From contig JASCQW010000027.1 of the NCBI GenBank assembly GCA_030264375.1, positions 98,565,776 to 98,629,775 on the forward strand: a stretch of DNA of 64,000 bases, written 5' to 3'. The notes beneath the pieces are model-generated. The model was not told the DNA's origin, did no database searches, and worked only from the letters and a program-made list of their open reading frames with translations. Below are positions 26,657 to 38,369 of the stretch, piece after piece (positions within the stretch are counted from its first letter, which is position 1; each line of letters starts with the position of its first letter). Both the position numbers and the translations under genes were made by a program. The stretch comes from Carcharhinus longimanus (Eukaryota).

Positions 26657-26958
26657 GGGCAGTGCAGTGGAACAGTGGTTAGCACTGCTGCCTCATAGTG
26701 CCAAGAACCAGGAATCAATTCCAGCCTCAGATCGCTGTCTGTGAGGAGTTTGCACATTCTCCCCGTGTCTACATGAGTTTCCTCCAAGTGCTCTGGTTTC
26801 CTCCCACAGTCCAAAAATGTGTGGGTTGGGTTGATTGGCCATGCTAAATTGAGCCTTAGTGTCAGGGAATGAGCAGGGTAAATATGTGGGTGGAATAGTG
26901 ATCGGTGCAGATTTGATGGACTGAATGGCCTCATTCTGCACTGCAGGGATTCTATGAT
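26657..26958 (+). mobile_element. HE1-like V-SINE with tail A, full length
   Basis: gggcagtgcagtggaacagtggttagcactgctgcctca head, V-domain ggagtttgcacattctccccgtgtct, CR1-type tail gatggactgaatggcctcattctgcactgcagggattctatga. Confidence 0.9.
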
Positions 26959-28351
26959 AACAGGAAAAAGGTGGTGTCATTCAAATCTGTTATGTCTGGG
27001 TCCTGGGTGCCTTTCACATCTTATTATCTCAGGGTCTTGTTGGTTTGTATACGCGATCGCAGGTGCAGCTGGTCCTCTAAGTACACTAGCTAATCTTCAT
27101 CCCGCAAACCCATTTTTCTCTCATTTGCCACTTGTAGCACCAGGATTGTACCTGAATTGGCTATGATTGCCCAGGACATAAAAAACATGACTATGCTTTG
27201 CACATAATGCATTGGTTAAGTTTTAGGATAGCTTGACTATGTGAAAAGGCAGTGCTTAAGTGAAAGTTTGATCTTGCTTTTACAGGAGGAATGGCTTTCT
27301 AAAACGGCATTGCTCTTCATGTCTATTTCAGAAGCACAACTGTGAATATGGCTTGACCAATCTTGTATCTTGCGTATAAATCTTGTAATAGTACACATGC
27401 ATTCTTCCAATCCAAATCAGTTAAATGATTCAAATGTACTGTCAATTTCAAACTCGTTCATGAGTGATCAGAGGATTTGCTTGCAAGGAACTGAGCCTGA
27501 CAAAGGGAGTCCATCCCTAAGGCATTAGGAGACTTTGGACATAAGAATGTGGAGGCAACTAGCACTGAATGTTTCCAGATCAGTTTCCAGATGGATAACA
27601 AATGTTACTTTTCCAAATTAATGCTTACTGCTACTGGTGCATCCATCATGTGTGTGATCAAAATGACAGCTAACTGATAGGAAATTCCAGAACTTGGGCA
27701 TGAAACTAATTTTGTTTTATGGAATCATCTTAACATTATGTAAAACATTTATTTATATTGATTGTGAGGAATGTTTATGCTGAAAAATAATTTCGTCTAC
27801 CTCCGTTCCATTCTTAAGTTAAAACTTTTATACATTTGTCAATGAGTTTGAAATTGAGAGTGCGTTTTGATCATATATCTGATTTGGTTTGGAAGAATTT
27901 ATGTGCACTATTACAAGGCTAATTCCTTACAAAGTTCTACTTAATAAGAAGGCCAACCGTTGAATTTGATGGCATTTTGTGGGTTATTGATTTTTATCTC
28001 ATCCACTACACACATCATTTAGATCTGCAATACTTTCTGTTAACCTTTTAAATAGCAGAAGTTGCTAATAATGTTTCACTATTGAAAATATCGCTAGAGG
28101 ATCTGGGAAGGGCTATGTGCATGTGAAAGGAAATGCATTGTTATTTGTCAATTGATATAAATAGTAAAGCTCCAGAATTATTTATCACTAGCAGCTACCC
28201 AGCCAGCCATGTCAACACAGTAAAGATTACTTACTAGAATTGTATAGGATTGTAGGTTTGTAGCCTTTTGTAGGTTGTTGCATAAGGTTTATTTCTCATG
28301 GGATCCAGGGTGAGGTATCTAAATGGATGCAAAATTGGCTTCTTGACAGAA

Positions 28352-28496
28352 TAAGAAGTCTGACAACACCAGGTTTAAGGCCAACCGATTAATAGTAAAC
28401 TCACAAGCTTTCGAGGTTTCCCTCTTCGTCAGGTGACGAAACTGGTGTTGTCAGACTTCTTACTGTGTTTACCCCACTTCAACGCCGGCGTCCCCA
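28352..28496. mobile_element. PLE family B non-coding hairpin insertion nested in CR1
   Basis: Perfect 21-bp inverted repeat (28352-28372 / 28442-28462), 34-bp tail, perfect 13-bp TSD cttcttgacagaa (28339-28351, 28497-28509). Confidence 0.9.
28401..28436 (-). ncRNA. minimal type I hammerhead ribozyme motif, intact core
   Basis: Minus strand UCAC CUGACGA A GAGG GAAA CCUC GAAA GC UU^GUGA: stem I UCAC/GUGA, stem II GAGG/CCUC with a GAAA tetraloop, palindromic AAGCUU stem III. Activity untested. Confidence 0.8.
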
Positions 28497-29952
28497 CTTC
28501 TTGACAGAAGCCAGAGGGTGGTTGTAGAGGGTTGTTTTTCAAACTGGAAGCTTGTGGCCGGCGGTATGCCTCAGGGGTCAATGTTCACAGGTCCACAGTT
28601 ACTTGTCATTTATATTAATAATTTGGATGAGAATATAGGAGGCAAGGTTAGTAAGTTTGCAGATGACACCAAGATTGGTGGCAGAGTGGACAGTGAAGAA
28701 AGTTATCTCCAATTGCNNNNNNNNNNNNNNNNNNNNNNNNNNNNNNNNNNNNNNNNNNNNNNNNNNNNNNNNNNNNNNNNNNNNNNNNNNNNNNNNNNNN
28801 NNNNNNNNNNNNNNNNNNNNNNNNNNNNNNNNNNNNNNNNNNNNNNNNNNNNNNNNNNNNNNNNNNNNNNNNNNNNNNNNNNNNNNNNNNNNNNNNNNNN
28901 NNNNNNNNNNNNNNNNNNNNNNNNNNNNNNNNNNNNNNNNNNNNNNNNNNNNNNNNNNNNNNNNNNNNNNNNNNNNNNNNNNNNNNNNNNNNNNNNNNNN
29001 NNNNNNNNNNNNNNNNNNNNNNNNNNNNNNNNNNNNNNNNNNNNNNNNNNNNNNNNNNNNNNNNNNNNNNNNNNNNNNNNNNNNNNNNNNNNNNNNNNNN
29101 NNNNNNNNNNNNNNNNNNNNNNNNNNNNNNNNNNNNNNNNNNNNNNNNNNNNNNNNNNNNNNNNNNNNNNNNNNNNNNNNNNNNNNNNNNNNNNNNNNNN
29201 NNNNNNNNNNNNNNNNNNNNNNNNNNNNNNNNNNNNNNNNNNNNNNNNNNNNNNNNNNNNNNNNNNNNNNNNNNNNNNNNNNNNNNNNNNNNNNNNNNNN
29301 NNNNNNNNNNNNNNNNAAAAAAAGGCAGCATGGACAAATTGGGCCGAAGGGCCTGTTTCCATGCTGTAAACCTCTATAACTGTATGATTGAATATATTTG
29401 AAAATTATGAAGCTAAGGCTAATTACATTTTGTATGATATCCAGCAATTCCCTACAACTGGAATCTAGGCAAATTTTCAAGTCAGATTGGATGCAGTAAT
29501 GTTTTGTATATTGTAGTGTTTCAGACTGAATGTACTCTGCAGGGTTGGGTTTGCAGTGTTTGGAAAGGGTTGGGTAGTTTAATCATGGAAAACTAAATCT
29601 GATCGCAGTTGAAACATGAAAATGTTATCTCTATTTGCGTCTAGTCCAAACACAAAGTAATGAAATAACGATTGAAATTGGAGGCCTTTGTTACAGAATT
29701 ATTGGTGGAATTTTCCCATATTTTGTCTGAGTGTCAGGTTCTTACTGAAGCAGCATGTATTGATCCTGACATGCAGCTGGGTCTTCCAACCAGATATTCA
29801 GCCACTCTGACAAAACAAAATCAGGGAGCATGGTAAATGCTGTCAATCTGGAAGGGGCGCCATCTCTAAAGGTTAAACTCTCCCTGCGTGCCCACGCAAC
29901 TCGCCCTATGCTACCAGAAAGATTCTGGGGAGNNNNNNNNNNNNNNNNNNAC

Positions 29953-30890
29953 TGGGATTCTCCCAAAAAAATTCTAAGATCCAAATTTGCATAAAAACTG
30001 GAATAACTCCTGCTGTATTTTTCAACAGGATTTTCAAAATCAATCTCCCACACTCTGAGCATCGTAGAGTGCCCTAGCATGAATCTTAATAAAAATCTGT
30101 GGGCAGGCGTATTCCCGCTTGAGAGGTCGGCAGCGTAGCGCTGATCTGTCGTATTGGATATTGGTGTATGTGCAGTAGCGCCGCCCTGCTGGCCTCCCAA
30201 TGCTGGCCAAACTGATTGCTGACCAGAACAACAACACTGCCAATCTGACCCCACCTACCCACACCCCCCATCACTGGCCTCCTGGACATCTCCGGGCCAG
30301 CCCCAACCACTCCCCCCCCACCCCCCCCCAGGCCCAGCCTCCCTCAATCTCTCCCCCCAGCCCCATTTGTCACTGATCCCAACTGCAGAGTGGCATGGAG
30401 TCCTCCCACGGCCACCAATCTCTGTCCCATAGCCACCCCCCCCCCCCATCCTCTTGACACATGTCCAATGCCCAGAGGGCAGTGCAAAGGTGCATCCAGG
30501 GCATTGCCACTTTGCTCTTTGAGCAGCGCTATGGGGCCAGGCTGGCACTTCCAGGCTGGCAGTGCCCAGGGAGCAACCCCACTCCTTATCTCTGACCTCC
30601 ATGGCCTTCCTTCACTCCCAACGGGATCAAACTGCCAGGTCCCCGCAAATGGGGAGCTATTGTAAACCCTGCCAGAGTGAACCACTCCTGGGGGGGTGGG
30701 GGAGCAGGAACAGGAGACGAGCCGGGCTGCTAATCAGATTTCAATGAAGATTTTAAATATTTTAATTTAAAATAATTTTTGATGCTGCAGGACATCCGGG
30801 ACCCAGAGAAGTGCGGAGGCCATGGTGCCCAGCAAGAAGCCTGTTAAACGGCCTCCACTTATGTCTCACAACTGGGAGGATTGCCTCCAA
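29953..30890. mobile_element. non-autonomous DNA transposon, same family as 9866-10560
   Basis: tgggattctcccaaaaaaattct...aaaactggaataa...ttcaaaatcaatctcccacac; right end gggaggattgcctcc. Confidence 0.7.
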
Positions 30891-32317
30891 GATCTTGTGC
30901 TAGCATTGCCGTTTACAGTCATTAGTTCATTTACCTCCCTCCTGAAAGTTTCTTTTATGTATCTCCAAGTATTGACTGCTAAAACCTCTGTATAGCTACT
31001 CCATGTTCTTTTTGGTCCGGCAACCAAAAACAACTCAAAGGCAGTTATAGTATTGACAACTATCTAGAGCACTACTCCTAAGTACATTATCAAACTCATG
31101 AGCTTAATTTTAATACTCCTGCTGTATCTTGCCTCAAAGGATCATTATTGCACCTTGAGTATGGAAAAGAATTCTTTTAGTTTGAAAACAAGTTTGTTCT
31201 TTTACATGTCCAACAGAAATCTTACCAGAGCTGACGACTAATTCCCATCAGAATAAATGGCAACCCCAGTCATGTTGTTGAAAGTGAAAAATTAATTTAA
31301 GGATTCAGCAAAAGGGCTTAGAGCGTATTTCATCTGGGTTTGCTGAGTACAACGTTTGTAGTTTGAAAAAAGTTTAGATGTAGGACGTAATTATGTAGTT
31401 AATCATTTCTGCCAGCTGCTCTCCATAAAGCAGAATGTAAAGACATTTAAAACCACACAGTCCTTCAGTTCCTGTTGGGGTTGTACACCATGCACTGTGT
31501 GCCATCACACCCCTAATTTGAAAAGGGAATTTCAACCATGCCTTTCATAATTAGAGGTATAGATTTGTCGGATCATGTTAGGAAAGTAAAGATGGTATAA
31601 AGTACTTAAATTACAGTTTACAGGAGATTACAATTAAAGCTAAGATATGAAACGATGTGGACTTAATTTGAAACTTCCCTGGAAATGTGTAAAAATCCCT
31701 GAGTGACTGATGAGCCTCAGAATAAAAGTAAAATGAATACTCCTTGACTTTCAAAAAAAAACTCCATTTTGTTTCTTATTTGTAAAGATAGCTGGCCTAA
31801 TGGTTTTCAACAGCAATTACACTGCTGCATTATATTTACTCATCCCTATGGAAACATTTCTTTTGCTAAGTCAATGCAAGTCTGAATCAGACACAGTTCA
31901 GAAAGTTTGACGTGCAATTTGGCACAAACAGTCAGAGACATTAACCTTCGTTATCACCTTTCCCCGCGCTGGAGCAAAGCACTTTTAGTTTTGTACTAAT
32001 GGAAGAGAGGGGAGGAAAATCTGAGGGCAAATTTAGGTCAACAGTTCTTGTACCCTGTTTTTTCAACCATATTAGCAAAGGCAAGGAAATGTGCCACATT
32101 GTGAAACAGTGGAGAGAAAATAGTTTATTTGGGGCTTGGGGACAGTTTGTGGGGAAGAAGGATGATTTATGGATAATGGTGAATACTTTAATGTTTAAGA
32201 CTGTTCAGAGAAAATGCAGAAACGCAAAAGCAATAAAGCACAGAAAATGAATACTTTTAAACATATGACAAAGCATTTCCAAATGGTCATTTGGTAGTGC
32301 AGAATGTTTTTAAAAAT

Positions 32318-32810
32318 GTTGAAAAGAGAGACTTGTTGCCAAAGTTTTTCATCTTGCACTCATCAGGGCAAACACAAGAGACCCGAATTTCAAACTATCA
32401 CAAGTTATACTGCAGGAGAAAAGGCTGCAGGTTGGAAAGTAGACTCTGATTGGCTGAGTCATTGCCATGGAGCAAACAACAGGGAACGATAGGTTCCCCA
32501 AGCTCCCTGGTCAATGGAATGGGTCCCTGTCTGTTAATGCACATTGTTTCTGCCAAATGTAAGTAAACCATGTTACAAGCTTGACTGATTATCTTAAATT
32601 GCTTGTTAATGTAGCTATCAGCACACTCTGGATTATCTGCATACCCAGTTGCGGAGTCACATCTAACAGTAGCTGTTTTGTTTTGGGTTTTGCAAGAGCA
32701 AAGCGCAGGCTGGTTGAGCACGGTCTGTATTCTGTCTAGTGAGAACAACCAAATAAACAGTCTGTTTGATTCAGTCAACCAGTCGAGGAGCTATACAGTC
32801 AATGTACCTG
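32318..32810 (-). mobile_element. PLE family C: GIY-YIG C-terminal remnant plus 3' terminal repeat
   Basis: ORF 32398-32778 VRCDSATG..DNPECADSYINKQFKIISQACNMVYLHLAETMCINRQGP resembles PLE SAIGQHLL.NPECA..Y....FKII..A.....L..LE..YI....P. A hammerhead motif lies downstream. Confidence 0.75.
32336..32371 (-). ncRNA. minimal hammerhead motif, core intact, weak stems
   Basis: UUGCC CUGAUGA GU GCAAG AU GAAA AACUUU^GGCAA: 5-bp stem I, 2-bp stem II, near-palindromic stem III. Confidence 0.6.
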
Positions 32811-32949
32811 GTATTTTGCCGGAACTTAAACATTTAAGTATTTACGGCACAGAAATGGATTGATTTAGTCCAATAGGTCTGTGTTGATGTTTATGTTCCA
32901 CACAAATCCCTCTTACCAATCTTCATCTCATATTATCAACATATAATGT

Positions 32950-33966
32950 CACAGAAGGCAGAGAGTGGCTGTGGATGGGACTTTTTCTGCATGGAGGTCG
33001 GTCACCAGTGGAGTGCCCCAGGGATCTGTTTTGGGACCCTTGCTGTTGGTGATCTTTATAAATGACCTGGATGAGGAAGTGGAGGGATGGGTTGGTAAGT
33101 TTGCCGATGACACAAACGTTGGAGGTGTTGCGGATAGTTTGGAGGGATGTCAGAAGTTGCAGCGTGACATAGTTAGGCTGCAAGACTGGGCGGAGAAGTG
33201 GCAAATAGACTTCAACCCGGATAAGTGTGTGGTGGTTCATTTTGGCNNNNNNNNNNNNNNNNNNNNNNNNNNNNNNNNNNNNNNNNNNNNNNNNNNNNNN
33301 NNNNNNNNNNNNNNNNNNNNNNNNNNNNNNNNNNNNNNNNNNNNNNNNNNNNNNNNNNNNNNNNNNNNNNNNNNNNNNNNNNNNNNNNNNNNNNNNNNNN
33401 NNNNNNNNNNNNNNNNNNNNNNNNNNNNNNNNNNNNNNNNNNNNNNNNNNNNNNNNNNNNNNNNNNNNNNNNNNNNNNNNNNNNNNNNNNNNNNNNNNNN
33501 NNNNNNNNNNNNNNNNNNNNNNNNNNNNNNNNNNNNNNNNNNNNNNNNNNNNNNNNNNNNNNNNNNNNNNNNNNNNNNNNNNNNNNNNNNNNNNNNNNNN
33601 NNNNNNNNNNNNNNNNNNNNNNNNNNNNNNNNNNNNNNNNNNNNNNNNNNNNNNNNNNNNNNNNNNNNNNNNNNCAATGAGATCTCCCCTCATACTTCGA
33701 AACTCGAATGAGTACAAGCCTAATGATGTCAGGGATGTCAGAGATGTCAGGGATAAGTTTTTCACTCAGAGGGTGGTGGGTGCATGGAATCGGCTGCTGG
33801 TGGTGGTAGTGGAGGCAGATTCGATAGGGTCTTTTAAAAGACTTCTGGATGAGTACATGGGACTTAGTAGGATTGAGGGCTATAGGTGAGCCTAGTAGGT
33901 AGAGATATGTTTGGTGCAACTTGTGGCCGAAGGGCCCGTTTGTGCTGTAGTTTTTCTATGTTCTAT
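32950..33966 (+). mobile_element. CR1 LINE, 5'-truncated, with gap and short internal inversion
   Basis: VTSGVPQGSVLGPLLLVIFINDLDEEVEGWVGKFADDT...WQIDFNPDKCVVVHFG; end FFTQRVVGAWNRL; tail ggccgaagggcccgtttgtgctgtagtttttctatgttcta. Confidence 0.92.
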
Positions 33967-36065
33967 ATCCTTCTAACCCTATCAACATAGTTGGGTGGGC
34001 TGCTTTAAAAGCATGCAACCCTCCCCATCTAATTTTCCTCTGTGCTTATCTCCAGCCACACTGTCCCTTCCCACCCTCAGCAATACTTAAAACTTAGGCA
34101 TAAATCTCAGAAATCTGTGGAAACTGAGCCAAAAGTCATTTAATCTAAGAGATAATTAGCATTTGCTCTCTAGGCAAAGAGATAATTGTATTTGAAAATT
34201 GCAGTTAGCTCTAATACAAATATCCAGTATGATTAAGCCCATTGTCTCCACAGACCCGAGCAGATCTTCCACCTTTGTGATCTTTGCTTATCTTGTTCAA
34301 AGTTATGAAGATAGGCAGCCAACAAAGAAGNNNNNNNNNNNNNNNNNNNNNNNNNNNNNNNNNNNNNNNNNNNNNNNNNNNNNNNNNNNNNNNNNNNNNN
34401 NNNNNNNNNNNNNNNNNNNNNNNNNNNNNNNNNNNNNNNNNNNNNNNNNNNNNNNNNNNNNNNNNNNNNNNNNNNNNNNNNNNNNNNNNNNNNNNNNNNN
34501 NNNNNNNNNNNNNNNNNNNNNNNNNNNNNNNNNNNNNNNNNNNNNNNNNNNNNNNNNNNNNNNNNNNNNNNNNNNNNNNNNNNNNNNNNNNNNNNNNNNN
34601 NNNNNNNNNNNNNNNNNNNNNNNNNNNNNNNNNNNNNNNNNNNNNNNNNNNNNNNNNNNNNNNNNNNNNNNNNNNNNNNNNNNNNNNNNNNNNNNNNNNN
34701 NNNNNNNNNNNNNNNATGGTTTGGACATGGCAGCAGAGGGTCTAAAGCTGCTGAATGGAGAGGTGGGTGGTTACCTTTTAGAGAGGTAAGATCCTGTTCT
34801 GTGTCTAGTCCGAGGACACTTCTGGGAGAGATGACGTGCCCTTTGTGATTGTTAAAATTAGGCATGAACGTGCATAAAAAGTTCACTAATTGGAACTAGT
34901 AAGAGGACTGTCAAGCTTTCAATTAATTTAAACATCCTGCACTTTAAAACTTAAGGGAAAAACAGGGTGGAATGTAAAAAGATTGCTATTTCACCCTCTC
35001 TGTTGACATAAGTCTGAGGGATACCATTATATGATTAATTCTGCATGATCAACTTCACAATCTATAATTATCATAGCAGAGTACCTGCTGGTTCACAGTT
35101 TGATTGACACCTCCAAGTTATAAGAAACATTTTTAAGTGGGACTATGATTGCTTATTTTTATAAGGGGTTAAAGAAGTTACATTTTTTTAACAATGAGCC
35201 TTTTGTTTTGAAATAGTGGTATCAATCAATAGACACTTAAGAACTTTATTTAATCCTGGGCATGAGTCCTGAGGGTTTCCCTCTGGGTGAGTTGACATGG
35301 AAGTATAAGGGAAAAGAGAGGTGGGGGTATGAGATGGCAAGGAGGAGGGGCCTTGGAGGCGCACAGGTTGACATGGTGGGCATGAAGGGCCACAGGTAGG
35401 TGGGTGGATTGGAACAGGTTGGCAAGGAGGGTACAAGGTGCCATGGGGATGGCTGGGGATCTTGAGGCTGCATGAGTTAGTATGAATGGAGAGTGTGCGG
35501 GGGGAGGGGCTGTGACAGATGAGGGCTTACGGGCTTTTTGTTTTATTCATTTTCTGATGCCTTCAGCAAAGTGCCAGAACACTCAGTCCAGCCTTCCACC
35601 TTGCCCGTCTGCACACGCATCAACCTCTGAACTATTCCCACGGTCACCTGTCACCACCTCCACCAACCACCATCCCCCTCCCCCCCATTAACCCCAACCG
35701 AAAATCACAACTTTGAGCGGATTCATTCCCAGGTGACTTTGCAAAGATGGGAAGTATCCCGACTAAGATTGAGGCCTGTATTTCAGGTTATCCATATAAC
35801 CTTCTTTATCAAGAATGATCTTTGTTGACGCGGCTGGTTTCACTGGAATTCTTACTGTTGGACAAAGCTTCTTCAGTTCCCTGCATCAAACCTGAAGGTT
35901 ACTTGTTTCACATAAGCATAATTTACTCATGCAGTCACAGTCCTAGCTAAATAATCTTTTACCTTCACTACTATTGCTAAATATATATTTTCATTTAATT
36001 ATTCATCGCTTTTGTTTATATCTGAGTAGGTTTCATACCGTGTATGAGCATTTTATTTATTTTCA

Positions 36066-36640
36066 CAGAATCATATAATGGTTATCACACAGAAGGAGAT
36101 CATTTGGCCTNNNNNNNNNNNNNNNNNNNNNNNNNNNNNNNNNNNNNNNNNNNNNNNNNNNNNNNNNNNNNNNNNNNNNNNNNNNNNNNNNNNNNNNNNN
36201 NNNNNNNNNNGATCATTTGGCCTGTTGTGTCCTGCAGGCTCTCTGCAAGAGCAACTCAGCTCGTCGCACTGCCTAGCCCTTTCCCCATAGCATTGCAAAT
36301 TGTTTCCATCCCTGTCTTTATCCAGTTCCCTTCTTGAGACGCAATTGAAGCTGTCTTCACCACAGTCCCTAACAGTGCATCCAGATCCTTTCCCACTTGC
36401 TGTGTAAAATAGGTTTTCCTCATGTCGCTGTGGGTTCTTTTTGGTTTAGACCTGTTCTCTGCTTCTAAACTCTCCTGCCAATCTGAACAGTTTCTCTCTA
36501 TCTGCTCTGCCCAGACTCCTCATGATTTTGAACACCATTATTAAATCTCCTTTCACCCTTCTCTAAGAAAATAAAACGCTAGCTTCTCCACATAACTGAA
36601 GTCCCTCACAGTTTCCTCGGAATTCTTTACTGCACCTTAA
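36066..36640 (-). mobile_element. CR1 LINE 3' fragment
   Basis: cagaatcatataatggttatcacacagaaggagatcatttggcct tail; ORF2 end remnants (ctcatgattttgaacacc, agtttctctctatc). Confidence 0.75.
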
Positions 36641-37889
36641 AGAACTAAACTTGAAAGAGCCTAATTGTGTTCAACAATAAATCCCTGTTCCAAAATGTTA
36701 ATGTGCTGTCCCCAATTAATCTGTGAGCCCCATTTGTCATTTCCAGTATGTTCCTGTTCAGCCGTTCTATTACAGATCTGTTCAGGAAGCTGTTCTGCCT
36801 ATTTGGCTGCAGCTCTGAGTGCTGTAGGAAGCTGTCCATTGATAATGTTGGGTGGTTTCTCAAACATGAACTCACATTGAAACAAACTTCTTTTAAAGCC
36901 ATTGTCTGCAACTTTTGCTTGATGTGATGTGGAGTAGGTGCTACACAGGCCAGTATGAGCAAAATAATTTTTGCTGAGCTGGAACAGGAGTTCCAAATGT
37001 ATCGCTGCCCTGGTTGGACTTGGCTATATTAGCAAGCACCATCACCGTTGGCACTACTGTGGCCTTATTCACTTAACTGTGACCTCAGCTTGCAGTCCAG
37101 CCATACTGTAAATGTGTTACACTTTGAAGTATGGTAGGTAATATGGTGGCAGTCATGTTATTGGACCAGTAATTCATTTCCATCCAGAGCATACCAGTTC
37201 AAAACTACCTTGCCTGCTTGAGAACTTTGGATTCAGTTTTTGTTCAAGAATCCTGGAAATATACANNNNNNNNNNNNNNNNNNNNNNNNNNNTGATCCAC
37301 TCTGGCCTATCTGTGACTCCACCCCAGTTTCACTGACATTTGCTTGTTCCCTGAAGTGATTTAGTAAGCCACTCTGTTCAGAGGCTATCATTATGTTCCG
37401 AAATTACATAAATACGTTTTAAAAATTCTGGTAATGCTACTTCACATGAAAGTACGTATGTACTGTCTCTGGAAATGCTGACAGAAGCTCATGTTTTCTG
37501 CTGCTGCTCCGGAACAGTCCTATTTGTCAGTGACCCGAGGCTTAGCATTTATCCCTGCTGAGCTTGAAGTCTCCTTCACCCTTCAACGGGGATCCTAATA
37601 CCTACACCTAGCACCTGCCCACTTGACCAGACACCCCAACATATGGCCAGCAATCTGTCTTCTGTTGGAGTGCTCAGCGGGATGTGTATATCTGAGAGTA
37701 TGACCTCCTCTGCAAAATTCCTGGCCTCCTATTACAGCTCTCTGTCTCTAGACCTTTGGGAGATTAATGATGTGAATCAGAACTGACATAGAGAAAAGGT
37801 AAAGCATCACTGTTGTGCAGATGTTCACGTTTCATTTGATAATGATAGCAGATCGACATTAATGATTGTCTCGTGTGGTGTTTAATCTG

Positions 37890-38368
37890 TCCCCAGGTAT
37901 CTGGGATCTTCCATTCTCCATCACCCCATTTGGTGGTTATAATGTAGTGTCACTTCCCGTTCTTCTTCTCTCCCTGGAGTTGTGCACTCTCTCCTGAAAG
38001 GAGAGAAAGCAGAGTTACATGCATGAGAAATGGATTGTATGGAGATGGAGCAATGACATTGCTGGAGGGTGACTGCGAGGCATTGGTGTGAAATATGATG
38101 GTCACTGTCGGTGTTGGCTGTTAGAATGAGGATGTAAGGAGATGCTTTGAGAGAGAGAGAGAAATAGGTGTAGCTGCAAGATAGCTTGATCAGCAGAATG
38201 ATGTGCAGGTGGACGCTGCTGAAGTCAGAAGGTGATGGTTGGCAGCTGAAAATGGGATGTCACTCACCTTTCCTGCCTTTATGCAATTATTGAACCTCAT
38301 AGCACTATATACAGTTCAAAACTGGCACTCCTTTCTGCTCACTCCCTGGGCCACTTCTATCTATGCCT
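37890..38368 (-). pseudogene. Harbinger-type Myb/SANT-like DNA-binding gene remnant with intron
   Basis: Minus strand A*IEVAQGVSRK...RFNNCIKAGK|gtgagt (donor at 38267), then cctttcag|ERVHNSRERRRTGS (exon starts 37993), resembling W.EVA..VS...QC.K.FN.L...AK / EK..HN.RER..TGGG. Confidence 0.6.
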
Positions 38369-38369
38369 G

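Larger units (their letters stand above)
28290..29382 (+). mobile_element. CR1 (HER1-like) LINE, 5'-truncated, partly in gap
   Basis: GMPQGS..GPQLLVIYINNLDENIGGKVSKFADDTKIGG; 3' tail gggccgaagggcctgtttccatgctgtaaacctctataact. Confidence 0.9.

Noticed and set aside
26657-26740. tRNA-like sequences with A and B boxes
   Set aside because: They are SINE heads attached to V-domain and tail, not tRNA genes.
29742-30747. Cluster of GC-rich overlapping ORFs (also 10069-10604, 35188-35691, 57480-58065)
   Set aside because: Low-complexity C/G-rich MITE interiors; no domain similarity or splice logic.
36100-36223. gatcatttggcct repeated across a gap
   Set aside because: Same gap-overlap artefact.
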